This document shows positions 28,952 through 35,805 of a stretch of DNA of 45,785 nucleotides, piece by piece (position 1 is the first letter of the stretch; each line of letters opens with the position of its first letter). The stretch is taken from IMG/VR virus record IMGVR_UViG_3300047462_000035. One strand, 5' to 3'. Under the pieces are notes generated by a model that was not told the DNA's origin, ran no database searches, and saw only the letters and a list, made by a program, of their open reading frames with translations. Made by a program: the position numbers and the translations under genes. The stretch is from a virus.

Positions 28952-29260
28952 CTAAATGTGTAGTTCCGCAAGCAAAGCCTTGAAGGCGTTATAGGCGGCT
29001 TCGGCAGGCGCAATCAATTCCTGTGCCAGCGAAACCGCCTGCACCGAAACGTTGATGTTGTTCGCATCGTTGTGACCGACGCCGCCAGAATTGGCGATAG
29101 CGGTTGCCGAAGTCAAAGCCGAGCCAAGCGCATCAGAAGCAGTCTGAAGCACGGTTTTGTGGGCAGCGGCATCGCTTGCTACGTCATTCGCGATGGTTTC
29201 AATCCCGCTCAAAACAGTCGGTGCAAGCGAGATAACAGAAGTAACGGCAGAAGCACTCAT
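28952..29260 (-). CDS. Hypothetical Ala-rich helical protein
   Basis: 102-aa ORF oriented with the operon. Confidence 0.45.
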   Translation of the reverse strand: MSASAVTSVISLAPTVLSGIETIANDVASDAAAHKTVLQTASDALGSALTSATAIANSGGVGHNDANNINVSVQAVSLAQELIAPAEAAYNAFKALLAELHI

Positions 29261-29315
29261 TTCACAATCTCCTATGGCATGGTTGAAAAATATAACCGGC
29301 CCATACCCTCACCAG

Positions 29316-29942
29316 TTATTGAAAAGCTAAAGCGTATTGCGGATTATTCGGCATTACTAAGTCAACGGCTTTTTGTAAAGCTTCGTCGGTCAGCTTTATG
29401 CCAGTAAACCCGGCCAAAAATTCAACGTGCGGTTTTGCATTCAAAACAAACTTTTCATACGAAATGACTGCGACTGGACATTCGCACAATTCGGCAAACT
29501 CGATAAGCTTATCTTGCTGGCGCGACGCATGACGCAAAGCATGTGTAGGATGCTTAAACGTCGCACCGTCGCTTTTTAATAATCGTGCTGCCACGGCCGC
29601 GTTGTCTCGCTGCATAATGACCATGCGCGGCTTACGAAAATGCGCGACGATTTCAGGCGGTTGCAAATGATTTTGAATGCCCGGAATTTTAAAACCCCAT
29701 TTTGCGAGGTTATCGTTTCTATAGGCAATAACCTTATATCGTGCCTCATGGTAGAAATGACGAAGCGCAAAGTTCATATCTGCGTCTTCATAAACAGGCG
29801 GTTCAACGCGGCCAAGGTTAAAACCTAAGCTATTCAATATAGCCGCTATCATTGAAGTACCGCAACGACCAATGCCGCTAATGATAAGCGTCATTTCTTC
29901 GGCAACCGGCTGACCGTTTAAAACTAAAGCACCTGAACTCAC
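29316..29942 (-). CDS. Sulfotransferase-like protein
   Basis: 208 aa. 'IISGIGRCGTSMI' resembles the 5'-phosphosulfate-binding loop (PKxGTT / GxxRSGTT), 'VIMQRDNAAVAARL' the 3'-phosphate-binding RDPxD..S region, and 'VISYEKF' the conserved YE[DK]L. The GTG start forms a GTGA overlap with the upstream stop. Confidence 0.55.
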   Translation of the reverse strand: MSSGALVLNGQPVAEEMTLIISGIGRCGTSMIAAILNSLGFNLGRVEPPVYEDADMNFALRHFYHEARYKVIAYRNDNLAKWGFKIPGIQNHLQPPEIVAHFRKPRMVIMQRDNAAVAARLLKSDGATFKHPTHALRHASRQQDKLIEFAELCECPVAVISYEKFVLNAKPHVEFLAGFTGIKLTDEALQKAVDLVMPNNPQYALAFQ

Positions 29943-30229
29943 TTTAATTTATCTTCTACTTCATCGGCCGCTTTGTTCAAAGCGTTTGAAACTTCAGGGC
30001 TTGACGCATGACGATTTGCCATTGCCCGCAAAGCTATGGAATGCTCTGCCGTCAACATGCCTTTAATCTTAGGCTGACCGCCATTCGGTACTTTCTGATG
30101 AAACGCCTTAATCACGGCGCGGATGATACGCAATTCAGCTTGCGTAAGCCATCCGCTTTGCAATAGTTCTTTCAGCCATTCCAGCCAATGTTTAAAAACG
30201 CTACCGCCGCCTTTTACGCTCGCGTTCAT
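29939..30229 (-). CDS. Hypothetical protein
   Basis: 96-aa ORF, coupled to the downstream gene. Confidence 0.5.
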   Translation of the reverse strand: MNASVKGGGSVFKHWLEWLKELLQSGWLTQAELRIIRAVIKAFHQKVPNGGQPKIKGMLTAEHSIALRAMANRHASSPEVSNALNKAADEVEDKLK

Positions 30230-30236
30230 AAATCAC

Positions 30237-30725
30237 CTATGCTTCAATAGCTTGTTGAAAAAGATATTGGCTTTCAGAAACGACCGTCGCGCCTGCCGCC
30301 GTGTTATACCATGTCTTGTGATAATTTGCTAAACCGAGCGCATCTGTAGCACTAGGTAATGCTTGCGGACAACGATAATATTTGACCCGACACATAGCCG
30401 CCGCATAAAAAAGATTTCCGGCTAATTGGTCCATCGGCAAAACAGGTTCAGCCGCAAGCAAAGAAATAACAGCGCGCTTTAATTCCGACTGTGAAATGTA
30501 ATTCAAAAACGTATTGTAGCAATCGTCATGCGTAGCTTTTTCCATTTGAAAAATGCCCACAGCAGGGCCAGTTCCAAGCTGACGAATATACACGCCGCCG
30601 CTTTCGACTAGCATTGTGCCAGCAAGCAAATTTACAGCGTCAAGCGAGTAAAGTATTGGCGTTAGCAATTCAAGCGTGGGGATGATAACATTTTGTTTTA
30701 TTTGCGAAACGTTTAAGCCGTTCAT
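30237..30725 (-). CDS. Endolysin, lytic transglycosylase (SLT-like)
   Basis: 162 aa. 'GTMLVESGG' carries the catalytic Glu-Ser and 'GIFQME' corresponds to the GLMQ motif. The gene sits next to membrane-protein genes. Confidence 0.7.
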   Translation of the reverse strand: MNGLNVSQIKQNVIIPTLELLTPILYSLDAVNLLAGTMLVESGGVYIRQLGTGPAVGIFQMEKATHDDCYNTFLNYISQSELKRAVISLLAAEPVLPMDQLAGNLFYAAAMCRVKYYRCPQALPSATDALGLANYHKTWYNTAAGATVVSESQYLFQQAIEA

Positions 30726-31258
30726 TTGACTTGACCTTCTGACAATGGCAATAACGGAATGTTTATGGTTACAGGCTTAGACGTGAACTCGCGACCGCCA
30801 GCAAGCCAATCAATCCAGTTGCAATCTTCGTTTTGCGTTGTGACAATCTGCCACGGTCCTGGCGTCAAATCTTTTTCGCGTATCAAGCCGAGCGCGACAA
30901 TCTGACGGCCGATATAAGGCCACACAAAGTTTTGCGAATTGACCGGAATGACGAAAGGAACTGTGTGCGACGCATCAAGGTTATATTCTTGAAACATGAT
31001 GCGCGACGGTTTCACGTCGCAGAAATTTTTTCGCGTGCGGTCTATGATAAGCGTAACCCAGCCGTTGTGTAAAACTGGTTGAACAGAATTGACTACGACC
31101 GGCATACGATTTGCCAAAGCATTGGTTATCGCATTGTAGCCGAGACATAAAATAATCCCGCACAGAGTTAATACAATCAGCCTAGAAGATTCTATGAAAT
31201 GCCACGGCAACCACCGATGTTTGATTTGCATTAACCGATTGTATTGAAGCTTGCTCAT
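30722..31258 (-). CDS. Membrane-anchored lysis-cassette protein (spanin or holin-associated candidate)
   Basis: I prefer the ATG at 31258 ('MSKLQYN'), which forms an ATGA overlap with the upstream stop; the track starts at 31318. There is one N-terminal TM segment, 'LIVLTLCGIILCLGYNAI', followed by a ~130-aa domain. Confidence 0.45.
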   Translation of the reverse strand: MSKLQYNRLMQIKHRWLPWHFIESSRLIVLTLCGIILCLGYNAITNALANRMPVVVNSVQPVLHNGWVTLIIDRTRKNFCDVKPSRIMFQEYNLDASHTVPFVIPVNSQNFVWPYIGRQIVALGLIREKDLTPGPWQIVTTQNEDCNWIDWLAGGREFTSKPVTINIPLLPLSEGQVK

Positions 31259-31554
31259 TTGATATGTTGCCATATCTGAAGCGCCGCCCATGCGGCTAAG
31301 CCGGAACTGATTACCCATATTCCTTGCCCTATCACTTGTATAGCAATGTCTTTCAAGCTGTTACGCAAAACAGCTTCCTCTTGCTTTACCCTAAGCGAAT
31401 TTAAAAGAAAATTGTTCTTTATGTTAATCTGCCGGTGTTCAATGTCGCTATCGTCAATTCCAATGCTTTCAAATCGTTCCGTAACTACTTGCATGGAAAC
31501 GACCCGCGCGACTTGTTTTGCTATGTTTTCAATATCTTCGCGCGTCCATTCCAT
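31255..31554 (-). CDS. Small protein with a C-terminal TM segment (holin candidate)
   Basis: 99 aa with a hydrophobic 'IAIQVIGQGIWVISSGLAAWAALQIW' at the C-terminus. It is the first gene after the double terminator. Confidence 0.4.
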   Translation of the reverse strand: MEWTREDIENIAKQVARVVSMQVVTERFESIGIDDSDIEHRQINIKNNFLLNSLRVKQEEAVLRNSLKDIAIQVIGQGIWVISSGLAAWAALQIWQHIK

Positions 31555-31610
31555 ACGTTTAACCCCAGCTAGGAACCACTACAACTTAGAGTGTTTCTAA
31601 CATTATGCAA

Positions 31611-31639
31611 AATTAAAAAGACGCGGCCGAAGCCGCGCC
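31611..31639 (-). terminator. Rho-independent terminator (second of two after the pilin gene)
   Basis: On the minus strand: GGCGCGGC, loop UUCG, GCCGCGUC (one G-U pair), then TTTTTAATTTT. Confidence 0.7.
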
Positions 31640-31722
31640 AAGTACAGGGAGGAAACGTCCACGAAGCCGCGCCTACTAAGCGCAAGCCTTGTGTAATCAA
31701 ACGGCGGCGCGTTGTCCAACAA

Positions 31723-31751
31723 AAATCCCGTCGCAGGCTGCGACGGGATTT
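31723..31751 (-). terminator. Rho-independent terminator (first after the pilin gene)
   Basis: 12-bp arms AAATCCCGTCGC / GCGACGGGATTT, followed by TTTTTGTT on the minus strand. Confidence 0.7.
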
Positions 31752-31828
31752 AAGGAAGCTGTGAAGCTGTCTTACCACAGGGTAGCGGCAACCCAGCCTA
31801 GGCCGGGCTGACCGCGCCTGTCAAGCCG

Positions 31829-31990
31829 CTAGAGTTCCGATGCGACGTGACTGAAGGTGTTGCTTACGCCGTGGCCGAGCGAAGTCACAGCGCCGATGAT
31901 CACCACGGCGATAAGCGCCGCAATCAAAGCGTATTCAATCGCCGTCACAGCTTTGCGATTGTCAGAAAAACGCACAAAAAGTTTCGTCAT
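31829..31990 (-). CDS. flp: Flp/Fap-family (Tad type IVb) prepilin homologue
   Basis: Hand-translated 53-aa ORF, below the track's size cut-off: MTKLFVRFSDNRKAVTAIEYALIAALIAVVIIGAVTSLGHGVSNTFSHVASEL. An AGGAG RBS lies 9 nt upstream. It has the Flp motif 'TAIEYALIAALIAV', and its length and layout match Caulobacter PilA and Aggregatibacter Flp1. Confidence 0.85.
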   Translation of the reverse strand: MTKLFVRFSDNRKAVTAIEYALIAALIAVVIIGAVTSLGHGVSNTFSHVASEL

Positions 31991-32002
31991 TTTACTATGC
32001 TC

Positions 32003-32185
32003 CTATGTTATGCCGTTTTCACGGTCGATTGCGATTTCAACTTGTGTTTGCAATGCACGAAGCATTGGCAAACGTTCATGCGGCCTAGCGTCGCCAAGGC
32101 AACGCATGACCGAAAGATAGGCACGATACAACAAAGCCTGATGGTTAACTTCCGGCTTCGTCTGGTCAATCAAGTTTAAAACCAT
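32003..32185 (-). CDS. Hypothetical 60-aa protein upstream of flp
   Basis: Its stop lies 12 nt before the flp start. I recognised no motif. Confidence 0.45.
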   Translation of the reverse strand: MVLNLIDQTKPEVNHQALLYRAYLSVMRCLGDARPHERLPMLRALQTQVEIAIDRENGIT

Positions 32186-32220
32186 TCGCTTACCCTGTAG
32201 TTGTGAACAGCTAAACCGTA

Positions 32221-32547
32221 TCAGCTTTGCGTTATAGCGTCAACCTTTTTATTTGAAGTATTTGCTATAATGTGACCCGTATCGCGATAACCCCGCATGT
32301 ACCATATGGCCCGCGTCAGCCCGGCCACACAGCCTTCAATCTTAGCGCTATCTGCTATAAAGCCTTCCGGCTTACGATCCATTTGAAAAAACAACGTTGT
32401 CATTGTCACAAGAACGCTGCCAATTTGGTCAATAGCTAAAACAATATATTTTGACCGGTGTTCGTCTGGTATTTTTTCATAAGTTTCTGGCGGCTTGCTA
32501 GCGTCAGACAAAGCCTTCAGTTCGTCAGACGTAAAACTATTTGCCAT
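32221..32547 (-). CDS. Hypothetical protein
   Basis: 108-aa ORF that overlaps the VRR-NUC stop by 11 nt. Confidence 0.55.
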   Translation of the reverse strand: MANSFTSDELKALSDASKPPETYEKIPDEHRSKYIVLAIDQIGSVLVTMTTLFFQMDRKPEGFIADSAKIEGCVAGLTRAIWYMRGYRDTGHIIANTSNKKVDAITQS

Positions 32548-33022
32548 TTAACTTTTCCTCTACATATTGATTAAGCACTTTCCAGTCGCAATAAAGATAC
32601 AAGCAAATCTCGCTAATTGCACTTTTCCAGCCGTAACATTCGACAGCGCGATACCCTACAGAATTAGCATAAGCTTTAAACTTTTCTTGTTTTTCACTTA
32701 ATATGCCTTTTGCTCTAGCAATGCCGGTTTCATGCGCGAAAGACTTAATTCGTTTCAGTTCGATATACAGCCCGCAATAGTCTAAACGCATAGCGTTTTG
32801 GTCCATCATAGGCACAGGCAAAAACACGTCGCTTACGCCTTGCTTGACGCCTTCAGCCTTTAACCGCCCGGCCGTGCGCTTGTCGCGCAACCCGCCATTA
32901 GGTATAGCGTGCATCCACTCTAGGCGCGGTTCTAGCGTCTTAGCGTGCGATGCCCACATGAACAGCGCGACTTGATGAGCATGTTCTGTATTCGACTTAG
33001 CGTAGTCATCCGGCCGAATCAT
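32537..33022 (-). CDS. VRR-NUC domain nuclease
   Basis: 161 aa. 'GVSDVFLPVP...GLYIELKR' is the PD-(D/E)xK arrangement typical of VRR-NUC. Confidence 0.7.
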   Translation of the reverse strand: MIRPDDYAKSNTEHAHQVALFMWASHAKTLEPRLEWMHAIPNGGLRDKRTAGRLKAEGVKQGVSDVFLPVPMMDQNAMRLDYCGLYIELKRIKSFAHETGIARAKGILSEKQEKFKAYANSVGYRAVECYGWKSAISEICLYLYCDWKVLNQYVEEKLNGK

Positions 33023-33204
33023 TTTCGTCTCTTGTTTCTGGATAGTTTTAGCTGCTGTGCGTGGATATCGCTACCAACTTTAATCCAGCCTTTACCATCA
33101 CAATCTTCACATTCGCATTCTTCAAAAATACCTAAGCCTTTGCACAGCTTGCAAGTAGTTTCCTTAGATATTGGAATTGAAGCTAATTTTTTGGCTTTAC
33201 TCAT
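33019..33204 (-). CDS. DnaJ-CR-type zinc-finger mini-protein with a basic tail
   Basis: 61 aa with 'CKLCKGLG' plus 'CEDCDGKG' (two CxxCxGxG units), then 'GSDIHAQQ' and a Lys/Arg tail. Confidence 0.6.
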   Translation of the reverse strand: MSKAKKLASIPISKETTCKLCKGLGIFEECECEDCDGKGWIKVGSDIHAQQLKLSRNKRRK

Positions 33205-33428
33205 GCTTCGTTGCCTAGCGACCGCTCACGCTCGCTAAACTCGCCGCACCAGTCTTTAGCGTCAACATTAGGCCAAGTGTCTATCGGCGTGCTGTCAACC
33301 ACGATTATGACGGCCGGATAGCGTCGGCATTGTTCACCGTCATAAAACTTGCAATTCTTACATTCCTTTAGCATTTGCTCGCACCTTTCGTTTGTATGTC
33401 GCCTGTCTTTTCTGATTAGACCTAGCAA
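33201..33428 (-). CDS. Cys-rich hypothetical protein
   Basis: 75 aa with 'CKNCKFYDGEQCRRYP...DWCGEF'. The start may be the internal Met at 33374, because the 5' end overlaps the upstream ORF. Confidence 0.5.
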   Translation of the reverse strand: MLGLIRKDRRHTNERCEQMLKECKNCKFYDGEQCRRYPAVIIVVDSTPIDTWPNVDAKDWCGEFSERERSLGNEA

Positions 33429-33633
33429 CGGCTACGGCACGTTGCCGAGCATGCGCTTCGCTACCTTCTTTGACGTAGCCGCGTCCACCGCAATCTGTGC
33501 AGCGAAAGCCTTGATACATATGCGTCACGTCGCAAAGCTGACACGCGATATAAGTTGAATGTTTTAAGGCCATATTAGCGATGACCATACAACCAAGAAC
33601 AGCACGGCCGAAACGCCAGCTAAGATAAACCAT
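33358..33633 (-). CDS. Zinc-finger protein, paralogue of 33019..33204
   Basis: 91 aa with 'CQLCD' plus 'CTDCGGRG', then 'GSEAHARQ' and a basic tail. The start is uncertain (33633 or Met at 33573). Confidence 0.5.
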   Translation of the reverse strand: MVYLSWRFGRAVLGCMVIANMALKHSTYIACQLCDVTHMYQGFRCTDCGGRGYVKEGSEAHARQRAVAVARSNQKRQATYKRKVRANAKGM

Positions 33634-33650
33634 TCGCTGATACGCATGGC

Positions 33651-33842
33651 TTAAACTTCGCGGTCAAAATCGTTATAACGCTTTGCATTGTCGCGCAACC
33701 ATTGGTCACGCGGGTCGGGCTCGCTATCGTCCTGAATGGGTTTTAGTTCGATTCGTGCCGAGCGACGCAACGCCAAGCCGATAGGAAAAACCGCCAGCGG
33801 CCAAACAAAAATAGACGCAATAAGCCAAGCTTCCATATTCAC
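33651..33842 (-). CDS. Small membrane protein
   Basis: 63 aa with an N-terminal TM segment, 'WLIASIFVWPLAVFPIGLAL'. Confidence 0.5.
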   Translation of the reverse strand: MNMEAWLIASIFVWPLAVFPIGLALRRSARIELKPIQDDSEPDPRDQWLRDNAKRYNDFDREV

Positions 33843-34189
33843 GCTTCCCCTGTGCTGACGCTACCATCAAAATGAACGGTCACGCCGTCCATACGGTAAT
33901 CATGCTCGCAACGATAAGTCAATATGTCAGCAAGCAAGCAATAATTAAAATGATGATGAGCGCCGCAAACAATACAAACAGAATTGACCGTCAAAAACCA
34001 TTTAAAAGCGTCAAACACGTTTTTAACGCCTTCGTCGATTAAACCGCCTTCAGCTATAAAACTGTCTAACTTTGCCAAAAGACGTTCAACAAAAGTGTCT
34101 AACGATGCTTGCGCTACAAAATACTGTTTGTTTGCATCGGTTAACGTCCATTTGCTATAACGAAAGCCCGGCTTTGCGTGCTTACTCAT
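33839..34189 (-). CDS. Hypothetical protein
   Basis: 116-aa ORF, coupled on both sides. Confidence 0.55.
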   Translation of the reverse strand: MSKHAKPGFRYSKWTLTDANKQYFVAQASLDTFVERLLAKLDSFIAEGGLIDEGVKNVFDAFKWFLTVNSVCIVCGAHHHFNYCLLADILTYRCEHDYRMDGVTVHFDGSVSTGEA

Positions 34190-34272
34190 TTCTTTTGCTT
34201 TCGATTATGCAAGCTGACCGATGCCCACACGAATGTGAACACGGTCAAAGCTATCCAGTGATACCAAGTCAT
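34186..34272 (-). CDS. 28-aa membrane micro-protein
   Basis: Hand-translated as MTWYHWIALTVFTFVWASVSLHNRKQKK. ATGA start/stop overlaps with both flanking genes fill an otherwise unexplained 79-nt gap. Confidence 0.4.
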   Translation of the reverse strand: MTWYHWIALTVFTFVWASVSLHNRKQKK

Positions 34273-34481
34273 TTTGTGACTTCGCGTTGCAATGCCGCCT
34301 TACGCTCGCCTTCAAAAATACCAATTTTGACTTGACGGCTGTTAACGTAATATCGCGTCTCAAAGCAATTCCATTTGCCTTTCTTACGCAGTCTAATCGT
34401 GACCGTGAATTTAACGCCGTCTATGACATCATCTGACCGGCTGATAAGCTTTTGCGTTGGAGTGCTCATAAAAACAACCAA
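34269..34481 (-). CDS. Hypothetical protein
   Basis: 70-aa ORF in the operon. Confidence 0.5.
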   Translation of the reverse strand: MVVFMSTPTQKLISRSDDVIDGVKFTVTIRLRKKGKWNCFETRYYVNSRQVKIGIFEGERKAALQREVTK

Positions 34482-34699
34482 TCGCGGTTTTCAGCCCAAG
34501 CTATAACTTCGTCAATAGGATGCAAAACCCATGAATTGTGATGCACTCTTATTTGTTCTTTCACAAACTCATCTACTGAAATTTTCTGACCTTTATAAAT
34601 GACAAAATCAGCAGGCATTCCAAATTGGCTTTTTTCGCAGTTAGCCGCCGCTCTGGCATTTTTAAGCCTAAGCATCATATTTTTAGGAAGCTTTGCCAT
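34466..34699 (-). CDS. Hypothetical protein
   Basis: 77-aa ORF in the operon. Confidence 0.55.
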   Translation of the reverse strand: MAKLPKNMMLRLKNARAAANCEKSQFGMPADFVIYKGQKISVDEFVKEQIRVHHNSWVLHPIDEVIAWAENRDWLFL

Positions 34700-34803
34700 T
34701 ACATAAATCCATTCGTATGTGCAAACGCATAAGCCAAAACAGCCGTTATGACTGCTAGCTTAATCAGCGTGTTCGGTTTCGGTAGCAAGTAAATGTGTTT
34801 CAT
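34699..34803 (-). CDS. 34-aa membrane micro-protein
   Basis: Hand-translated as MKHIYLLPKPNTLIKLAVITAVLAYAFAHTNGFM. Its TAA overlaps the next ATG (TAATG). Confidence 0.35.
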   Translation of the reverse strand: MKHIYLLPKPNTLIKLAVITAVLAYAFAHTNGFM

Positions 34804-34838
34804 ATGCACGTTATATTCGCCATTCCTCCCTAAATCAA

Positions 34839-34869
34839 GCAAAAAAAAAGCCTAGCTTTCGCTAGGCTT
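34839..34869 (-). terminator. Rho-independent terminator inside the leftward early operon
   Basis: On the minus strand: AAGCCTAGC, loop GAAA, GCTAGGCTT, then T9. Confidence 0.7.
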
Positions 34870-34974
34870 AAATTCAAAAAACTGAAGTAAAACCAGCTTT
34901 TCGCAAACGCTTACGCAATGCTCCTGCAAGGTGAAATTGTGCTTTCGTATTCATATGGCTACCCTTTCAAAATG

Positions 34975-35160
34975 TTATCGTTTACGCTGCCAGCTAAGTT
35001 TGCCAGCTTCAGCCCGGCAAACCATACATTCGTCAAGTATCCGTCTAACGTCAGCCTTTAACTCTTGGTTTGTCGGCTCACGCCTAAGCTTAGCTTTCAA
35101 CACGCTGTAGATGGTAGGCTTTCCGGTCAGGCTTTCAAACCTAACCGTAACCTTAACCAT
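34975..35160 (-). CDS. Hypothetical protein
   Basis: 61-aa ORF whose start overlaps the upstream stop. Confidence 0.5.
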   Translation of the reverse strand: MVKVTVRFESLTGKPTIYSVLKAKLRREPTNQELKADVRRILDECMVCRAEAGKLSWQRKR

Positions 35161-35411
35161 TAAATTAAACCCAGCGCAAAGCCTTCGGCGTCATAAACGC
35201 AAATTGCATAGCCGCCGCAAAATGGTTCAATAACATACTTCCATCCGTCAGTTTCGTCACTTTCAATCTTTGCAACAATTTCGACCGCTTCAGGTCTCCA
35301 ATCATGCACGCAAACCAAGCCGTATTGCTTGTCTTCTATTACTCGCATATTTGCAACTCCAAAGAACAGTAACAAAAACAGTATAGCACATTTAGCGAGG
35401 AACGCAAGCAT
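35160..35411 (-). CDS. Hypothetical protein, first leftward early gene
   Basis: 83 aa with an N-terminal hydrophobic segment, 'FLAKCAILFLLLFFGV'. Confidence 0.55.
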   Translation of the reverse strand: MLAFLAKCAILFLLLFFGVANMRVIEDKQYGLVCVHDWRPEAVEIVAKIESDETDGWKYVIEPFCGGYAICVYDAEGFALGLI

Positions 35412-35512
35412 TATCTTTTGCCCACAATACTGCGACCGTCACGAAGCTTTGACAAAATAGGATTATATTCGTAAACGTCTGCACAAACCGTCAAACATAT
35501 CGATACTCAAAG

Positions 35513-35518
35513 ATATTA
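35513..35518 (-). promoter_or_regulatory. Candidate -10 (TAATAT) of a leftward early promoter
   Basis: It is the mirror-image counterpart of the rightward promoter. The -35 is poor (TACATT at 17 nt). Confidence 0.25.
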
Positions 35519-35542
35519 CACAGACATGGATAATTAATGTAT

Positions 35543-35621
35543 TTAGTATGATTAGTATATAATTAGTATATATTAGTATGTAATAATATGAGGGTTTCCG
35601 CCCGTCTGGTAGATTAGTATG
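35543..35621 (+). repeat. Five direct copies of TTAGTAT[G/A]
   Basis: Copies start at 35543, 35552, 35563, 35573 (9-11 bp phasing) and 35614. Confidence 0.85.
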
Positions 35622-35661
35622 GCAATCAAAAATAAAGCTACATTACATAAAGTTAATGAAC

Positions 35662-35676
35662 ATTTAGTCACTAAAT
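35662..35676. promoter_or_regulatory. Central palindrome ATTTAGT-C-ACTAAAT, made of two head-to-head motif cores
   Basis: 7-bp arms are exact reverse complements, centred at 35669 close to the symmetry centre of the arrays. Confidence 0.6.
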
Positions 35677-35720
35677 TTAAACTAATTATAATAGATTGAC
35701 TGGCACTGACCCCCCAAATC

Positions 35721-35799
35721 CATACTAATCTACTAAAACGTTGAAATCGTTATACTATTCGGTCCTAAGCCCATACTAATTCATACTAATTCATACTAA
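35721..35799 (+). repeat. Four copies of CATACTAA (inverted orientation of the left array)
   Basis: Copies start at 35721, 35772, 35782 and 35792 (exact 10-bp phasing for the last three). Confidence 0.85.
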
Positions 35800-35805
35800 A
35801 ATACA

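Noticed and set aside
31569-31778. 69-aa minus-strand ORF spanning the two terminators downstream of flp
   Set aside because: The Arg/Trp/Cys-rich translation runs straight through two strong hairpins and has no RBS. The region is better explained as non-coding.
31847-32179. Plus-strand ORFs 31847..32179 and 31857..32120
   Set aside because: They are antisense shadows of the flp gene and the 60-aa ORF. The Flp reading on the minus strand has an RBS and an unmistakable family motif.
35543-35799. CRISPR-like array
   Set aside because: The repeat units are only 8 bp with 1-3 bp between them, in two inverted blocks. This is operator or iteron architecture, not repeat-spacer structure.
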